A stretch of DNA of 37,842 nt from an uncultured bacterium. GTDB lineage: Bacteria; Methylomirabilota; Methylomirabilia; Rokubacteriales; CSP1-6. Shown here in pieces: positions 8,061 to 16,248 of this stretch. Where the stretch lies: NCBI GenBank assembly GCA_964642915.1, contig CAZXPE010000003.1:1-37842 (forward strand), in the 5' to 3' direction. How positions within the stretch are numbered: the stretch's first letter is position 1; the number at the start of each line of letters is the position of its first letter. The notes under the pieces are model-generated. The model did no database searches. It saw only the letters and a program-made list of their open reading frames with translations, and had not been told where the DNA came from. The translations under genes and the position numbers were made by a program.

Positions 8061-8983
8061 TGCCGACAACTCTATCCCACGTCGCGCCCGCGGCGAGCGC
8101 GCCCGGCGCCGCGGCTTTGAGCTCCCCCCCCGCCTCCGGCTCCCCACCCTTGGCCCAGGAGATGAAATCGGAGGAGTTCACGCTCATTCGCGATTTCATT
8201 TACGAGCGGACCGGGCTTTACTTTGCGGAGACCAAAACCTACTTCCTCCAGAACCGTCTCTCGGAGCGGATGGCGCAGACCGGGTGCAGCTCCTATACGG
8301 ATTACTACTACCAGCTCAAGTACGATCCGAGCCAGAGGGAACTGGATCATCTCGTGGATCTCATCACCACGCGTGAGACCTCGTTCTTCAGGAATCCTCC
8401 CCAGCTCGCGGCGTTCCAGCACAAAGTGCTTCCCGAGCTCATCGAGCGCAAACGGCAGAACGGGCAGCGCGCCCTCAGGATATGGAGCGCCGGCTGCGCT
8501 AGCGGGGAGGAGCCGTACACCCTGGGCGTCATCCTTTTGGAGAGCGTGGCGGCCTCGGCTCTCTGGGATCTTCAGATCATCGCCAGCGACCTCTCGCTGG
8601 CCGCTCTGGCTCAGGCCCGGCGCGGGATTTACCCGAGGGAGGCCCTCAAGAACCTGGATCCGAACTGGCTTCAGCGCTTCTTCGTGCCGGTTTCGGGCAC
8701 CTACCACGTGAGGGACGAGGTCAGGCGCCTGGTGCACTGGAATCACCTGAACCTGGCTGACGACCGGAGGATGCGGATCATCCAGCACGTGGACGTGATC
8801 TTCTGCCGGAACGTGCTGATCTACTTCGGCCAGGAGGCCAAGAAGCGAGTCATCGACTGTTTTTACTCGGCCCTCAGCCCGGGCGGCTACCTCTTCCTGG
8901 GACACTCGGAGTCTCTGCATTCGATCTCCAAGGCGTTTCGGATACTGCCGTACGAAGGGGCCTTCGGGTACCAGAAGGACTGA
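8057..8983 (+). CDS. cheR: chemotaxis protein methyltransferase
   Basis: ITTRETSFFR, RIWSAGCASGEEPYT, IIASDLS, DVIFCRNVLIYF, GGYLFLGHSESL. The true start may be 8162 (MKSEEF). Confidence 0.95.
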   Translation: MMPTTLSHVAPAASAPGAAALSSPPASGSPPLAQEMKSEEFTLIRDFIYERTGLYFAETKTYFLQNRLSERMAQTGCSSYTDYYYQLKYDPSQRELDHLVDLITTRETSFFRNPPQLAAFQHKVLPELIERKRQNGQRALRIWSAGCASGEEPYTLGVILLESVAASALWDLQIIASDLSLAALAQARRGIYPREALKNLDPNWLQRFFVPVSGTYHVRDEVRRLVHWNHLNLADDRRMRIIQHVDVIFCRNVLIYFGQEAKKRVIDCFYSALSPGGYLFLGHSESLHSISKAFRILPYEGAFGYQKD

Positions 8984-9002
8984 GTTCCGGGAGGTGAGTG
9001 AT

Positions 9003-9404
9003 ATGGAGCAAGTGATCCTGGTGGTGGACGATTCAGCGATGGTCAGGAAGCTGCTCACGCTGACCCTTCGGATGCACGGGTACCGGACGGTGACCGCCGG
9101 CGACGGGATGGAAGCGCTCGAGCGGATCGCCGTGGAGCCGGTAAATCTGATAATCACCGACCTCAACATGCCGGCCATGGATGGCTACGAGCTTGTGTCC
9201 ACCATCCGCCGGGAGGGGCCAAATCGGATGATTCCGGTGATCATGCTCACCACAGAAGGAGAGGAGGAAGACCGGCGGCGGGGTTACGAGTCCGGGGTGG
9301 ACATATATCTTACCAAGCCCGCTCAGCCCCAGGACCTGCTGGCTTCAGTGCAGACGCTTCTCGTCAGACATAAGCAAAAGGAGGGAGTGGCATGCGAATC
9401 ATGA
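9003..9404 (+). CDS. cheY: single-domain response regulator (CheY-like)
   Basis: VVDDS, IITDLNMP, MLTT, YLTKP; GGAGG at 8989-8993 favours ATG 9003 over GTG 8994. Confidence 0.85.
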   Translation: MEQVILVVDDSAMVRKLLTLTLRMHGYRTVTAGDGMEALERIAVEPVNLIITDLNMPAMDGYELVSTIRREGPNRMIPVIMLTTEGEEEDRRRGYESGVDIYLTKPAQPQDLLASVQTLLVRHKQKEGVACES

Positions 9405-9760
9405 CGGTGGAAGACTCCGCCACCATGCGGAGGATCATCAAGAACACGCTGAAACGTCTGGGCTACGAGGACGTGATCGAGGCCGAAAACGGCCAGGTGG
9501 CCCTCGCCAAGCTCACCACCGATAAGGTTGACTTTGTCATCACCGACTGGAGCATGCCGGAGATGAACGGCCTCGACTTCATCATGGAGGTCAGGAAGAA
9601 CGAGGCCACCCGTTCTCTGCCGGTCCTCATGATCACGACCGTCGCTGAGCGGGAGGACATCATCACGGCGCTCCAGGCGGGCGTGAACAGCTACATCGTC
9701 AAGCCGTTTGACGCCGACACTTTGAAGGCCAAGATCGACCAGGTGCTCAGCGCATCCTGA
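9392..9760 (+). CDS. cheY: chemotaxis response regulator CheY
   Basis: MRRIIKNTLKRLGY, ITDWSMPEMNG, PVLMIT, AGVNSYIVKPF closely match motor-type CheY. Confidence 0.92.
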   Translation: MRIMTVEDSATMRRIIKNTLKRLGYEDVIEAENGQVALAKLTTDKVDFVITDWSMPEMNGLDFIMEVRKNEATRSLPVLMITTVAEREDIITALQAGVNSYIVKPFDADTLKAKIDQVLSAS

Positions 9761-9771
9761 TACCCCGCGCC

Positions 9772-11484
9772 ATGGGCGACACCTTCCCGGCCGAGGAGTT
9801 CGAGGAGATTCTCAGGGAGTTCGGCAACGAGGCGGCGGAGATCGTTGCCAGCCTCGAGGAGGATATGGTCCGTCTCGAGGACGAGCCGGAAAACCTGGAG
9901 CTGCTCCATCGGATCTTCAGGGGGATGCACACCCTGAAGGGGAACTCGGCGTTCCTGGGCTTCTCCAGGATGAAGGCGCTTGCCCACGAGGCGGAAAACG
10001 TCTTGAACCGCCTTCGCAGCGGAACTCTGCCTCTGGTCCCATCCCTCATGGACGCCCTTCTCGTCGCGCTTGACGGGGTCAAGGCGCTTCTCAGGGATAT
10101 CGCTGCTGACCGGGCGGAGAGGACGGAGATCGACGGGACTGTTCTCCTGCTCCAGCGCGCGGCTGAGAGCGCTGAACGGGAGACGCCGGGGGAAAATGCG
10201 GAATGCGGAATACGCAATGCGGAAGCGGTGGACGGGCCGGAGGGACGCGCTGAAGGCGGGACGCGGAGCCCGGAGGAGGGGGCGCGCGGTGGAAATGCCG
10301 CCACGATCCGAGTGGAAGTGCGGCGTCTGGATCACCTGATGAACCTGGTGGGCGAGCTGGTGATCGGGAGGAACCGGCTGCACCAGGTGCGGGGAGACTT
10401 AGAGCGGAAGCATGAGGGGGATTCCCTGGTCGGAGAGCTGGGCCAGGTGTCGGCCGAGTTCTCCCTGGTCTCATCCGAGCTTCAGGAGGCGGTGATGAAG
10501 GTCCGGATGGTTCCTATCCGGAACATCTTCAGCCGCTTCCCGCGTCTGGTCCGCGACCTCGCGCGCGAGCGGGAGAAAGCCGTGGACCTGGTGACGAGCG
10601 GTCACGAAACGGAGCTGGACCGTTCGGTGATCGAGGAGATCTGGGACCCGCTCGTCCATCTCGTGCGGAACGCCCTCGATCACGGCCTGGAGTCCCCGCG
10701 CGAGCGGCGGGCCTCGGGGAAGCCCGAGAAGGGAAGAATATCCATGTCGGCCCGCCAGGAGGGCAGCCACATCGTGATCCGGGTTGAGGACGACGGGCGC
10801 GGGATTGACGCGAGCCGGGTTCTCGACAAGGCCAGACGCCTGGGGCTCGTGGATGCGGGCGACGACCTTTCAGGAGCCGAGATCCTGAACTTGATCTTCA
10901 CACCGGGCTTCTCCACCAAGGACGAGATCTCGGACATCTCAGGCAGGGGCGTGGGCCTGGACGTGGTGAAGACCAACCTCAAGAAGCTCAACGGCCTGAT
11001 TGACGTTTACACGGTTCCCGGCAAGGGGACCCGCTTTACCCTCCAGATTCCCCTGACCCTCGCCATCGTTCAGGCCCTCCTGGTCCGCGTGGACTCGGAG
11101 ACCGCCGCAATCCCTCTTGCATCGGTGGTGGAGACGGTGCGCCTCCTTCCCCGGGAGCTGCGCACCATCGGCGGGCGCCCGGTTCTTCGCCTCCGTGACA
11201 ATGTTCTTCCGCTGATATGGCTTCACGACCTCTTTCACAGGCCCCGCCCCGGGGACAGGCGTTTCTACGTGATCGTGGTGGGGCTTGCCGAGGAGCGGGT
11301 AGGGATCGCGGTGGACGGCCTCCTTGGCCAGCAGGAGGTGGTGGTGAAGTCAGTGGGGAACTACCTCGGAGAGATCCAGGGGCTCGCGGGAGCAACCATC
11401 CTCGGGGACGGCCGCGTCGTGGTGATTCTCGACATGGCCACACTCATGGGTGATTCGCGCCTCTGTCGGCACGTGAAGCGATGA
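9772..11484 (+). CDS. cheA: chemotaxis histidine kinase CheA (Hpt-dimer-HATPase-CheW domain; no P2)
   Basis: IFRGMHTLKG (phospho-His), LDHLMNLVGELVI, HLVRNALDHG, DDGRGID, IFTPGFST, SGRGVGLDVV, GATILGDG. Confidence 0.96.
   Translation: MGDTFPAEEFEEILREFGNEAAEIVASLEEDMVRLEDEPENLELLHRIFRGMHTLKGNSAFLGFSRMKALAHEAENVLNRLRSGTLPLVPSLMDALLVALDGVKALLRDIAADRAERTEIDGTVLLLQRAAESAERETPGENAECGIRNAEAVDGPEGRAEGGTRSPEEGARGGNAATIRVEVRRLDHLMNLVGELVIGRNRLHQVRGDLERKHEGDSLVGELGQVSAEFSLVSSELQEAVMKVRMVPIRNIFSRFPRLVRDLAREREKAVDLVTSGHETELDRSVIEEIWDPLVHLVRNALDHGLESPRERRASGKPEKGRISMSARQEGSHIVIRVEDDGRGIDASRVLDKARRLGLVDAGDDLSGAEILNLIFTPGFSTKDEISDISGRGVGLDVVKTNLKKLNGLIDVYTVPGKGTRFTLQIPLTLAIVQALLVRVDSETAAIPLASVVETVRLLPRELRTIGGRPVLRLRDNVLPLIWLHDLFHRPRPGDRRFYVIVVGLAEERVGIAVDGLLGQQEVVVKSVGNYLGEIQGLAGATILGDGRVVVILDMATLMGDSRLCRHVKR
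10194..10228 (+). repeat. 7-bp tandem array (GAATGCG family) in the cheA linker
   Basis: AAATGCG GAATGCG GAATACG CAATGCG GAAGCGG, translated as ENAECGIRNAE. Confidence 0.85.
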
Positions 11485-12587
11485 CCGGCGACATGAACGT
11501 GGAGCGCGGAATGCGGAATGCGGAATGGAGGAGGGCCGGACGGGAGAAGCGCGACAGCGGCAAGATCGTTCGGGCTCTCGTGATAGACGATTCGGCCTTC
11601 ATGCGGAAGGCGCTCACTATCATGCTCGAATCGGATCCCGGGATCCAGGTGGTGGCCACAGCCAGGGATGGAGAGGAAGGTATCGCCAAGCTCACAGCTC
11701 ATCATCCCGACGTGGTGACCCTGGACATCGAGATGCCGCGGATGGCCGGGCTCGCCACGCTGGAGTGGATCATGAAGGAGCATCCGGTGCCTGTCCTGAT
11801 GGTCAGCTCCCAGACCCGGGATGGCGCCGAGATCACGCTTCGGGCCCTGGAGCTGGGGGCGGCGGACTTTGTCGCCAAAACTCCCGGCGGCGGTTTGGAC
11901 ATCCTCCAGATCCAGGAGGAGGTAGTAAGAAAAGCCCTCGCAGTCGCCTTCCACTGGAAACGGCGCGTCGCTGCTCCTCTCCCGGCGGCACCGCCACCCG
12001 CCGTCGGCCGGCGGAGTCGCCGGGTGGACATCGTCGCTGTCGGCTCCTCCACCGGAGGACCCCAGGCGCTCCAGGCGCTCTGCTCGAGCCTCCCCTCCGA
12101 CTTTCCGTGCGGGCTTCTGGTGGTCCAGCATATGCCTCCGGCCTTCACGGGGCCGCTGGCTCAGCGGCTCAACGGCCTCTCTCCTCTGATGGTCCTGGAA
12201 GCTTCTCAAGGGACTCTCGTGGAAGCTGGCACGGTCCTCGTGGCCCCCGGAGGGAGCCACATGTTGCTCAGGCGCCACGGCCTTGAAGTGCGGGTCGAAC
12301 TATCCGAAGAGCCGCGCGATCTGCCCCATCGTCCCTCGGTGGACGTGATGTTCACTTCCGCGGCCCAGGTTTTCGGGGGCCGGAGCCTCGGGGTCATCCT
12401 CACCGGAATGGGCAACGACGGCCTCCAGGGGTGCCGGGCCATCAGGGCGGCGGGGGGGCGAGTTCTGGCTCAGGACGAGGAAAGCTCGGTCGTGTACGGA
12501 ATGCCCCGGGCCGTCGCCGAGGCAGACCTGGCCGATCAGATCGTGCCGCTCGCGGCCATTCCAGAAACGATCGTCTCGAGTCTGTAA
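11481..12587 (+). CDS. cheB: chemotaxis methylesterase CheB (REC + methylesterase)
   Basis: IDDSAFMR, VTLDIEMP; catalytic GSSTGGP, VQHMP, ILTGMGNDG, VVYGMP. Start is uncertain because of a repeat-derived N-terminal extension. Confidence 0.95.
   Translation: MTGDMNVERGMRNAEWRRAGREKRDSGKIVRALVIDDSAFMRKALTIMLESDPGIQVVATARDGEEGIAKLTAHHPDVVTLDIEMPRMAGLATLEWIMKEHPVPVLMVSSQTRDGAEITLRALELGAADFVAKTPGGGLDILQIQEEVVRKALAVAFHWKRRVAAPLPAAPPPAVGRRSRRVDIVAVGSSTGGPQALQALCSSLPSDFPCGLLVVQHMPPAFTGPLAQRLNGLSPLMVLEASQGTLVEAGTVLVAPGGSHMLLRRHGLEVRVELSEEPRDLPHRPSVDVMFTSAAQVFGGRSLGVILTGMGNDGLQGCRAIRAAGGRVLAQDEESSVVYGMPRAVAEADLADQIVPLAAIPETIVSSL
11495..11529 (+). repeat. 7-bp tandem array (GAATGCG family) at the cheB 5' end
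   Basis: GAACGTG GAGCGCG GAATGCG GAATGCG GAATGGA, translated as NVERGMRNAEW. Confidence 0.85.
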
Positions 12588-12591
12588 GCTA

Positions 12592-13962
12592 ATGCGAGCC
12601 CCTAACCCCGGATCCCGAGCCCCGAAGAGAGAAAGGCTCACGGTAAAGCGAGGAGAGGCATCTGCTCATCTCGCCCTCGTGGCCGACGCCTTTCACGCCT
12701 TCACTTCGGCCAGCCAGAATCTTCAATCGAGCTACGGCGCCCTCCGGGAGCGCGTCCGGATGCTCAAGGCCGAGCTGGCCGAGGCCAACCGTCGCCTTTC
12801 GACGAGCCGGGAAGAGGGGGAGAGGATGCGCCAATACTTGGAAAACGCCCTGGAGGAAATCGGGAAGGGCGTGGTGGTGGTTGACGGGGACGAGCGGATA
12901 ACGGTGTTCAACCGGGCGGCCGAGATTCTGACCGGGTACACCCGGGACGAAGTCCAGGGCCAACCAATTCACAATTTCCTCAGCCTCTCCTATTCCGCAC
13001 TTCGCACTCCGCATTCCGCATTGGTTCCAGATGTCGCGAAGCTTCTGAGATCGAGCGGGGAGTGGCGGGAGGTTGATTGGTCAGCTTCCCCGATTCGGGA
13101 CCCCGACGGAGCTTTCCGGGGCGCCGTGGTCCTCCTGGAGGACCTGGCCGAAAAGCGGCGGGGCGACGAGGCGCGGGAGCGGACCAAGACGTTCTCGGCG
13201 CTCGGGGAGATGTCGGTGACCATCGCTCACGAGATCAGGAACCCCCTGGGGGCCATGGAGCTGTTCGCGAGCCTCCTGATGGAGGAGTTTCGCGGCGACG
13301 CGCGGAAGGCGGAGCTGGTCGAAAGTCTCATGCACGGAGTCCACACCCTGAACGCCATCGTCTCTAACCTTCTCTTCTTCGCGCGCCCCATGCATCCACT
13401 CCTGGAGCCCGTGGATCTCCACGAGGCGATCGACGAGGCGTTGGGGTTCGCCATCCACGCCGTGCGGCAGAAGCGGATTGCCCTCGAAAAGGTCTACTGC
13501 GGCGAACCCCTCACCGTGCGGGGAGACCGGGAGCAGCTCAAGCAGGTGTTCCTGAACCTCCTCCTGAATGCCGTCCAGGCAATGGACGAAGGCGGCCGCC
13601 TCGCGATTCAGACTCGCCGCGGGAGCCGCTCGAAGGACGGGCAGGCAGATGCGGAATGCGGAATGGGGAATGAAGAGGTCGCGGAGGTCAGCGTCGCGGA
13701 TTCCGGCCAGGGGATTCCCGCTGAGCTCCTGACCAGGATCTTCGATCCCTTCTTTACCACCAAGCCGAAAGGCACCGGGCTGGGGCTGGCCATCGTCCAG
13801 CGGATCCTGGACCAGCACGGCGCCGCGATCAGCGTTTCTTCGAAGCAGGGGAAAGGCACAACGTTTGTTCTTTCGTTCTCTCATCACGCGGTCGGGTCCT
13901 CTCCCGAGGCGCGGTCCGCCTCCGGGGGATGCCTGGCCGCAGCACGGAGGATTCCACGATGA
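12592..13962 (+). CDS. cytoplasmic PAS histidine kinase, FleS/FlrB-like
   Basis: N-terminal AFHAFTSASQNLQSSYGALRERV coiled coil resembles FleS/FlrB; PAS (GVVVVD...FNRAAE); H-box AHEIRNPL; QVFLNLLLNA, DSGQGI, FFTTKPKGTGLGL; no TM segment. Confidence 0.9.
   Translation: MRAPNPGSRAPKRERLTVKRGEASAHLALVADAFHAFTSASQNLQSSYGALRERVRMLKAELAEANRRLSTSREEGERMRQYLENALEEIGKGVVVVDGDERITVFNRAAEILTGYTRDEVQGQPIHNFLSLSYSALRTPHSALVPDVAKLLRSSGEWREVDWSASPIRDPDGAFRGAVVLLEDLAEKRRGDEARERTKTFSALGEMSVTIAHEIRNPLGAMELFASLLMEEFRGDARKAELVESLMHGVHTLNAIVSNLLFFARPMHPLLEPVDLHEAIDEALGFAIHAVRQKRIALEKVYCGEPLTVRGDREQLKQVFLNLLLNAVQAMDEGGRLAIQTRRGSRSKDGQADAECGMGNEEVAEVSVADSGQGIPAELLTRIFDPFFTTKPKGTGLGLAIVQRILDQHGAAISVSSKQGKGTTFVLSFSHHAVGSSPEARSASGGCLAAARRIPR
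12595..12625 (+). repeat. 7-bp tandem array (CGGACCC-like family) at the kinase 5' end
   Basis: CGAGCCC CTAACCC CGGATCC CGAGCCC CGA, translated as RAPNPGSRAP. Confidence 0.7.
12992..13022 (+). repeat. 7-bp tandem array (ATTCCGC family) inside the PAS domain
   Basis: ATTCCGC ACTTCGC ACTCCGC ATTCCGC ATT, translated as YSALRTPHSAL. Confidence 0.85.
13647..13674 (+). repeat. 7-bp tandem array (GAATGCG family) in a HATPase loop
   Basis: AGATGCG GAATGCG GAATGGG GAATGAA, translated as DAECGMGNE. Confidence 0.8.
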
Positions 13963-15296
13963 GCCGGACAGTGCTGGTGATCGACGATGAGCCTATGATG
14001 CGGAAGTCGCTGGCCGAAACTATCCGCCGGCGCGGGGTCGAGGTTTCGGTCGCATGCGACGGAGAGGACGGGCTCAGGCAGTTCAAGGCCACGCCTGCCT
14101 CTCTGGTGTTCTGCGACGTCCGCATGCCCAGGATGGACGGGCTGGAGTTCCTCCGCACGGCGAAGACGGTGGCCCCAGGGACCCACGTCGTGATGATCAC
14201 GGCCTTCGGTTCCGTGGAGACCGCCGTGGAAGCGATGAAGGAGGGGGCTGACGATTTTCTCATGAAACCATTCTCGGCGGACCGGGTCGAAGAGATCCTG
14301 AACAGGGCCCTGGCGGGACTGGGGCGGGTCGAGCCAAGCTCAGACTCGGGGATCATCACTCAGGATCCGCACCTCAAGGCGATTCTCGTCACTGCCGAGC
14401 GGGTTGCGTCCACCGAGGCGACGGTCCTGGTTCAGGGCGAGAGCGGAACGGGCAAGGAGCTTCTGGCTCGCGCCCTTCACAGGTGGAGTCGCCGGCACGA
14501 AGGGCCGTTCGTTCCGGTGAACTGCGCCGCGCTTCCCGAGGCGCTGCTCGAATCCGAGCTGTTCGGCCACGAAAAGGGCTCGTTCACAGGCGCCATAGCC
14601 AGAAGGATCGGACGGTTTGAAGCGGCCCACCGCGGCACGCTACTCCTGGACGAGATCAGCGAGATCCCGCTTGCGCTTCAGGCCAAGCTTCTCCGGGTGC
14701 TCCAGGAGCACGAGGTAGACCGGGTCGGCGCGAGCCACGCGGTAAAGGTGAATGTGCGTGTCATCGCGACCACGAACCGGCCGCTTCGCCAGGAGCTGGC
14801 AGAGGGGCGCTTCAGGCAGGACCTCTTCTACCGTCTGAACGTGATCCAGTTCCAGCTTCCGTCTCTCAGAGAGCGCGCAGGGGACGTGATGCTGCTCGCC
14901 GAGCACTTCCTTTCCCAGTACGCCGGGCTCCACGGAAGCCCCGTTAGAGGAATCTCGCCGGAGGCGCGTGATCTTATCGAGGGTTACCACTGGCCCGGCA
15001 ACGTCCGCGAGCTGGAGAACGCCATCCAGCGGGCGGTGATTCTCTGCCAGGAGCAGGAGCTCCGCCCGCGACACCTGTCGCTTGAAGGAAGCCAGACCCG
15101 CGAGCCGCTGTCCATGGTCGGGCGGCCGTTCGCCGAGATGGAGCGGGAGTTCATTCTCGAGACCCTCCGCCAGGTCGGCGACAACAGAACGAAGGCCGCA
15201 AAGGTCCTGGGACTTTCGGTCCGGACGATCCGGAACAAGCTTCGCGAGTACCGGACCCTGGCGAATGTGGCATGCGGAGCGCGGAACGCTGAGTGA
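13959..15296 (+). CDS. sigma-54-dependent response regulator, FleR/FlrC-like
   Basis: REC (VIDDE, FCDVRMP, LMKPF), GESGTGKE, ESELFGHEKGSFTGA, LLLDEI, WPGNVRELEN, HTH NRTKAAKVLGLSVRTIRNKL; ATG 13959 overlaps the kinase stop (ATGA) with a GGAGG SD. Confidence 0.93.
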   Translation: MSRTVLVIDDEPMMRKSLAETIRRRGVEVSVACDGEDGLRQFKATPASLVFCDVRMPRMDGLEFLRTAKTVAPGTHVVMITAFGSVETAVEAMKEGADDFLMKPFSADRVEEILNRALAGLGRVEPSSDSGIITQDPHLKAILVTAERVASTEATVLVQGESGTGKELLARALHRWSRRHEGPFVPVNCAALPEALLESELFGHEKGSFTGAIARRIGRFEAAHRGTLLLDEISEIPLALQAKLLRVLQEHEVDRVGASHAVKVNVRVIATTNRPLRQELAEGRFRQDLFYRLNVIQFQLPSLRERAGDVMLLAEHFLSQYAGLHGSPVRGISPEARDLIEGYHWPGNVRELENAIQRAVILCQEQELRPRHLSLEGSQTREPLSMVGRPFAEMEREFILETLRQVGDNRTKAAKVLGLSVRTIRNKLREYRTLANVACGARNAE

Positions 15297-15307
15297 AGGA
15301 TGCGGAA
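15263..15307 (+). repeat. 7-bp tandem array (GAATGCG family) across the regulator stop codon
   Basis: GAATGTG GCATGCG GAGCGCG GAACGCT GAGTGAA GGATGCG GAA, translated as NVACGARNAE-stop. Confidence 0.75.
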
Positions 15308-15317
15308 AAATTTTCCG
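15303..15317. promoter_or_regulatory. candidate enhancer palindrome upstream of the flgB promoter
   Basis: CGGAAAA-A-TTTTCCG is a perfect dyad centred about 73 bp upstream of the -24 GG. Confidence 0.55.
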
Positions 15318-15380
15318 TCCCTGGCCGCCTCCGCGCCTGCCAGGGCTTGGTTTGACGGGAGTTTGGGAGGGGCGACACGG

Positions 15381-15396
15381 TGGCACTGAAATTGCT
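15381..15396 (+). promoter_or_regulatory. sigma-54 (-24/-12) promoter of the flgB operon
   Basis: TGGCAC-TGAAA-TTGCT is a consensus match 30 nt upstream of the flgB ATG. Confidence 0.88.
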
Positions 15397-15425
15397 CCCT
15401 TCCATGGCTTGACGGACCTCTGGCC

Positions 15426-15815
15426 ATGAATCTGCTTTTCGGCGGGACGATAGAGCTTCTCCGACAGGCCGTGACGTATGCCACCCGGCGCCATCAGGTG
15501 CTCGCGCAGAACCTCGCGAACGCCGAAACCCCTGGCTATCGAGGGCAGGACATCGTCTTTCAGGATGAGCTGGAAACCGCCATGCGCGGACGGGCCGTGC
15601 CTGTCTCGGCGGCTCTCCCCGATCAGCGCGACAATCTACTGCGAACGGTCCAGGTCTATACGGGAGACGGCCGCCCCAGAGTGGACGGCAACGACGTCGA
15701 TCTTGACAGGCAGATGGTGCGCCTGGCTCAGAACGCGCTCTACCACAACTCCATGGTTCAGATCCTCAATCAGAAGTTCAGCGCGCTGAAGCGGGCGATC
15801 TCGGGACAGATCTGA
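15426..15815 (+). CDS. flgB: flagellar basal-body rod protein FlgB
   Basis: RHQVLAQNLANAETPGY, DGNDVDLDRQM. Confidence 0.95.
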   Translation: MNLLFGGTIELLRQAVTYATRRHQVLAQNLANAETPGYRGQDIVFQDELETAMRGRAVPVSAALPDQRDNLLRTVQVYTGDGRPRVDGNDVDLDRQMVRLAQNALYHNSMVQILNQKFSALKRAISGQI

Positions 15816-15816
15816 T

Positions 15817-16248
15817 ATGGACCTCATGAACGCGATGGACATCAGCGCGTCGGCACTGGCCGCCCAGCGCTTCAGGATGAACGTTGTCGCCGACAACCTG
15901 GCCAACGTGGAGACGACCCGCACCCCGGAAGGCGGGCCATACCGGCGCAAGGAGGTCATCTTCGGTGCCCAGCCTGTCCCGAGTTTCGCCGAGATCCTCC
16001 ACGGCGTCAGGGCCAAGCCGACTGGTGTCGAGGTCCTCGGGGTGGTGGAGGGCCGGAGCGCTCCCCGCCGGGTTTTCAATCCCGGTCACCCCGACGCCGA
16101 CGCCCAGGGGTTCGTGAGCTACCCGAACATCAATCCCCTGATGGAAATGGTGGACATGATAGGCGCCGCGCGCGCATACGAGGCCAACGTGACCGCCATT
16201 CAGACCACAAAAGGGATGGCCCAAAAGGCGCTGGAGATCGGCCGGTGA
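15817..16248 (+). CDS. flgC: flagellar basal-body rod protein FlgC
   Basis: NLANVETTRTPEGGPYRRK, PGHPDAD, YPNINPLMEMVDMI, RAYEAN. Confidence 0.96.
   Translation: MDLMNAMDISASALAAQRFRMNVVADNLANVETTRTPEGGPYRRKEVIFGAQPVPSFAEILHGVRAKPTGVEVLGVVEGRSAPRRVFNPGHPDADAQGFVSYPNINPLMEMVDMIGAARAYEANVTAIQTTKGMAQKALEIGR

Noticed and set aside
8124-8131. Homopolymer runs in genes (C8 in the cheR 5' region; G7 at 12452 in cheB and 28721 in fliO) as phase-variation sites
   Set aside because: They are short, the genes are in frame, and such runs are expected at this GC content.
8100-8156. Further faint period-7 tracts (cheR N-terminus, cheB linker near 11990, fliK near 22850)
   Set aside because: Too degenerate to separate from Pro/Ala-rich high-GC linker sequence without a statistical test.
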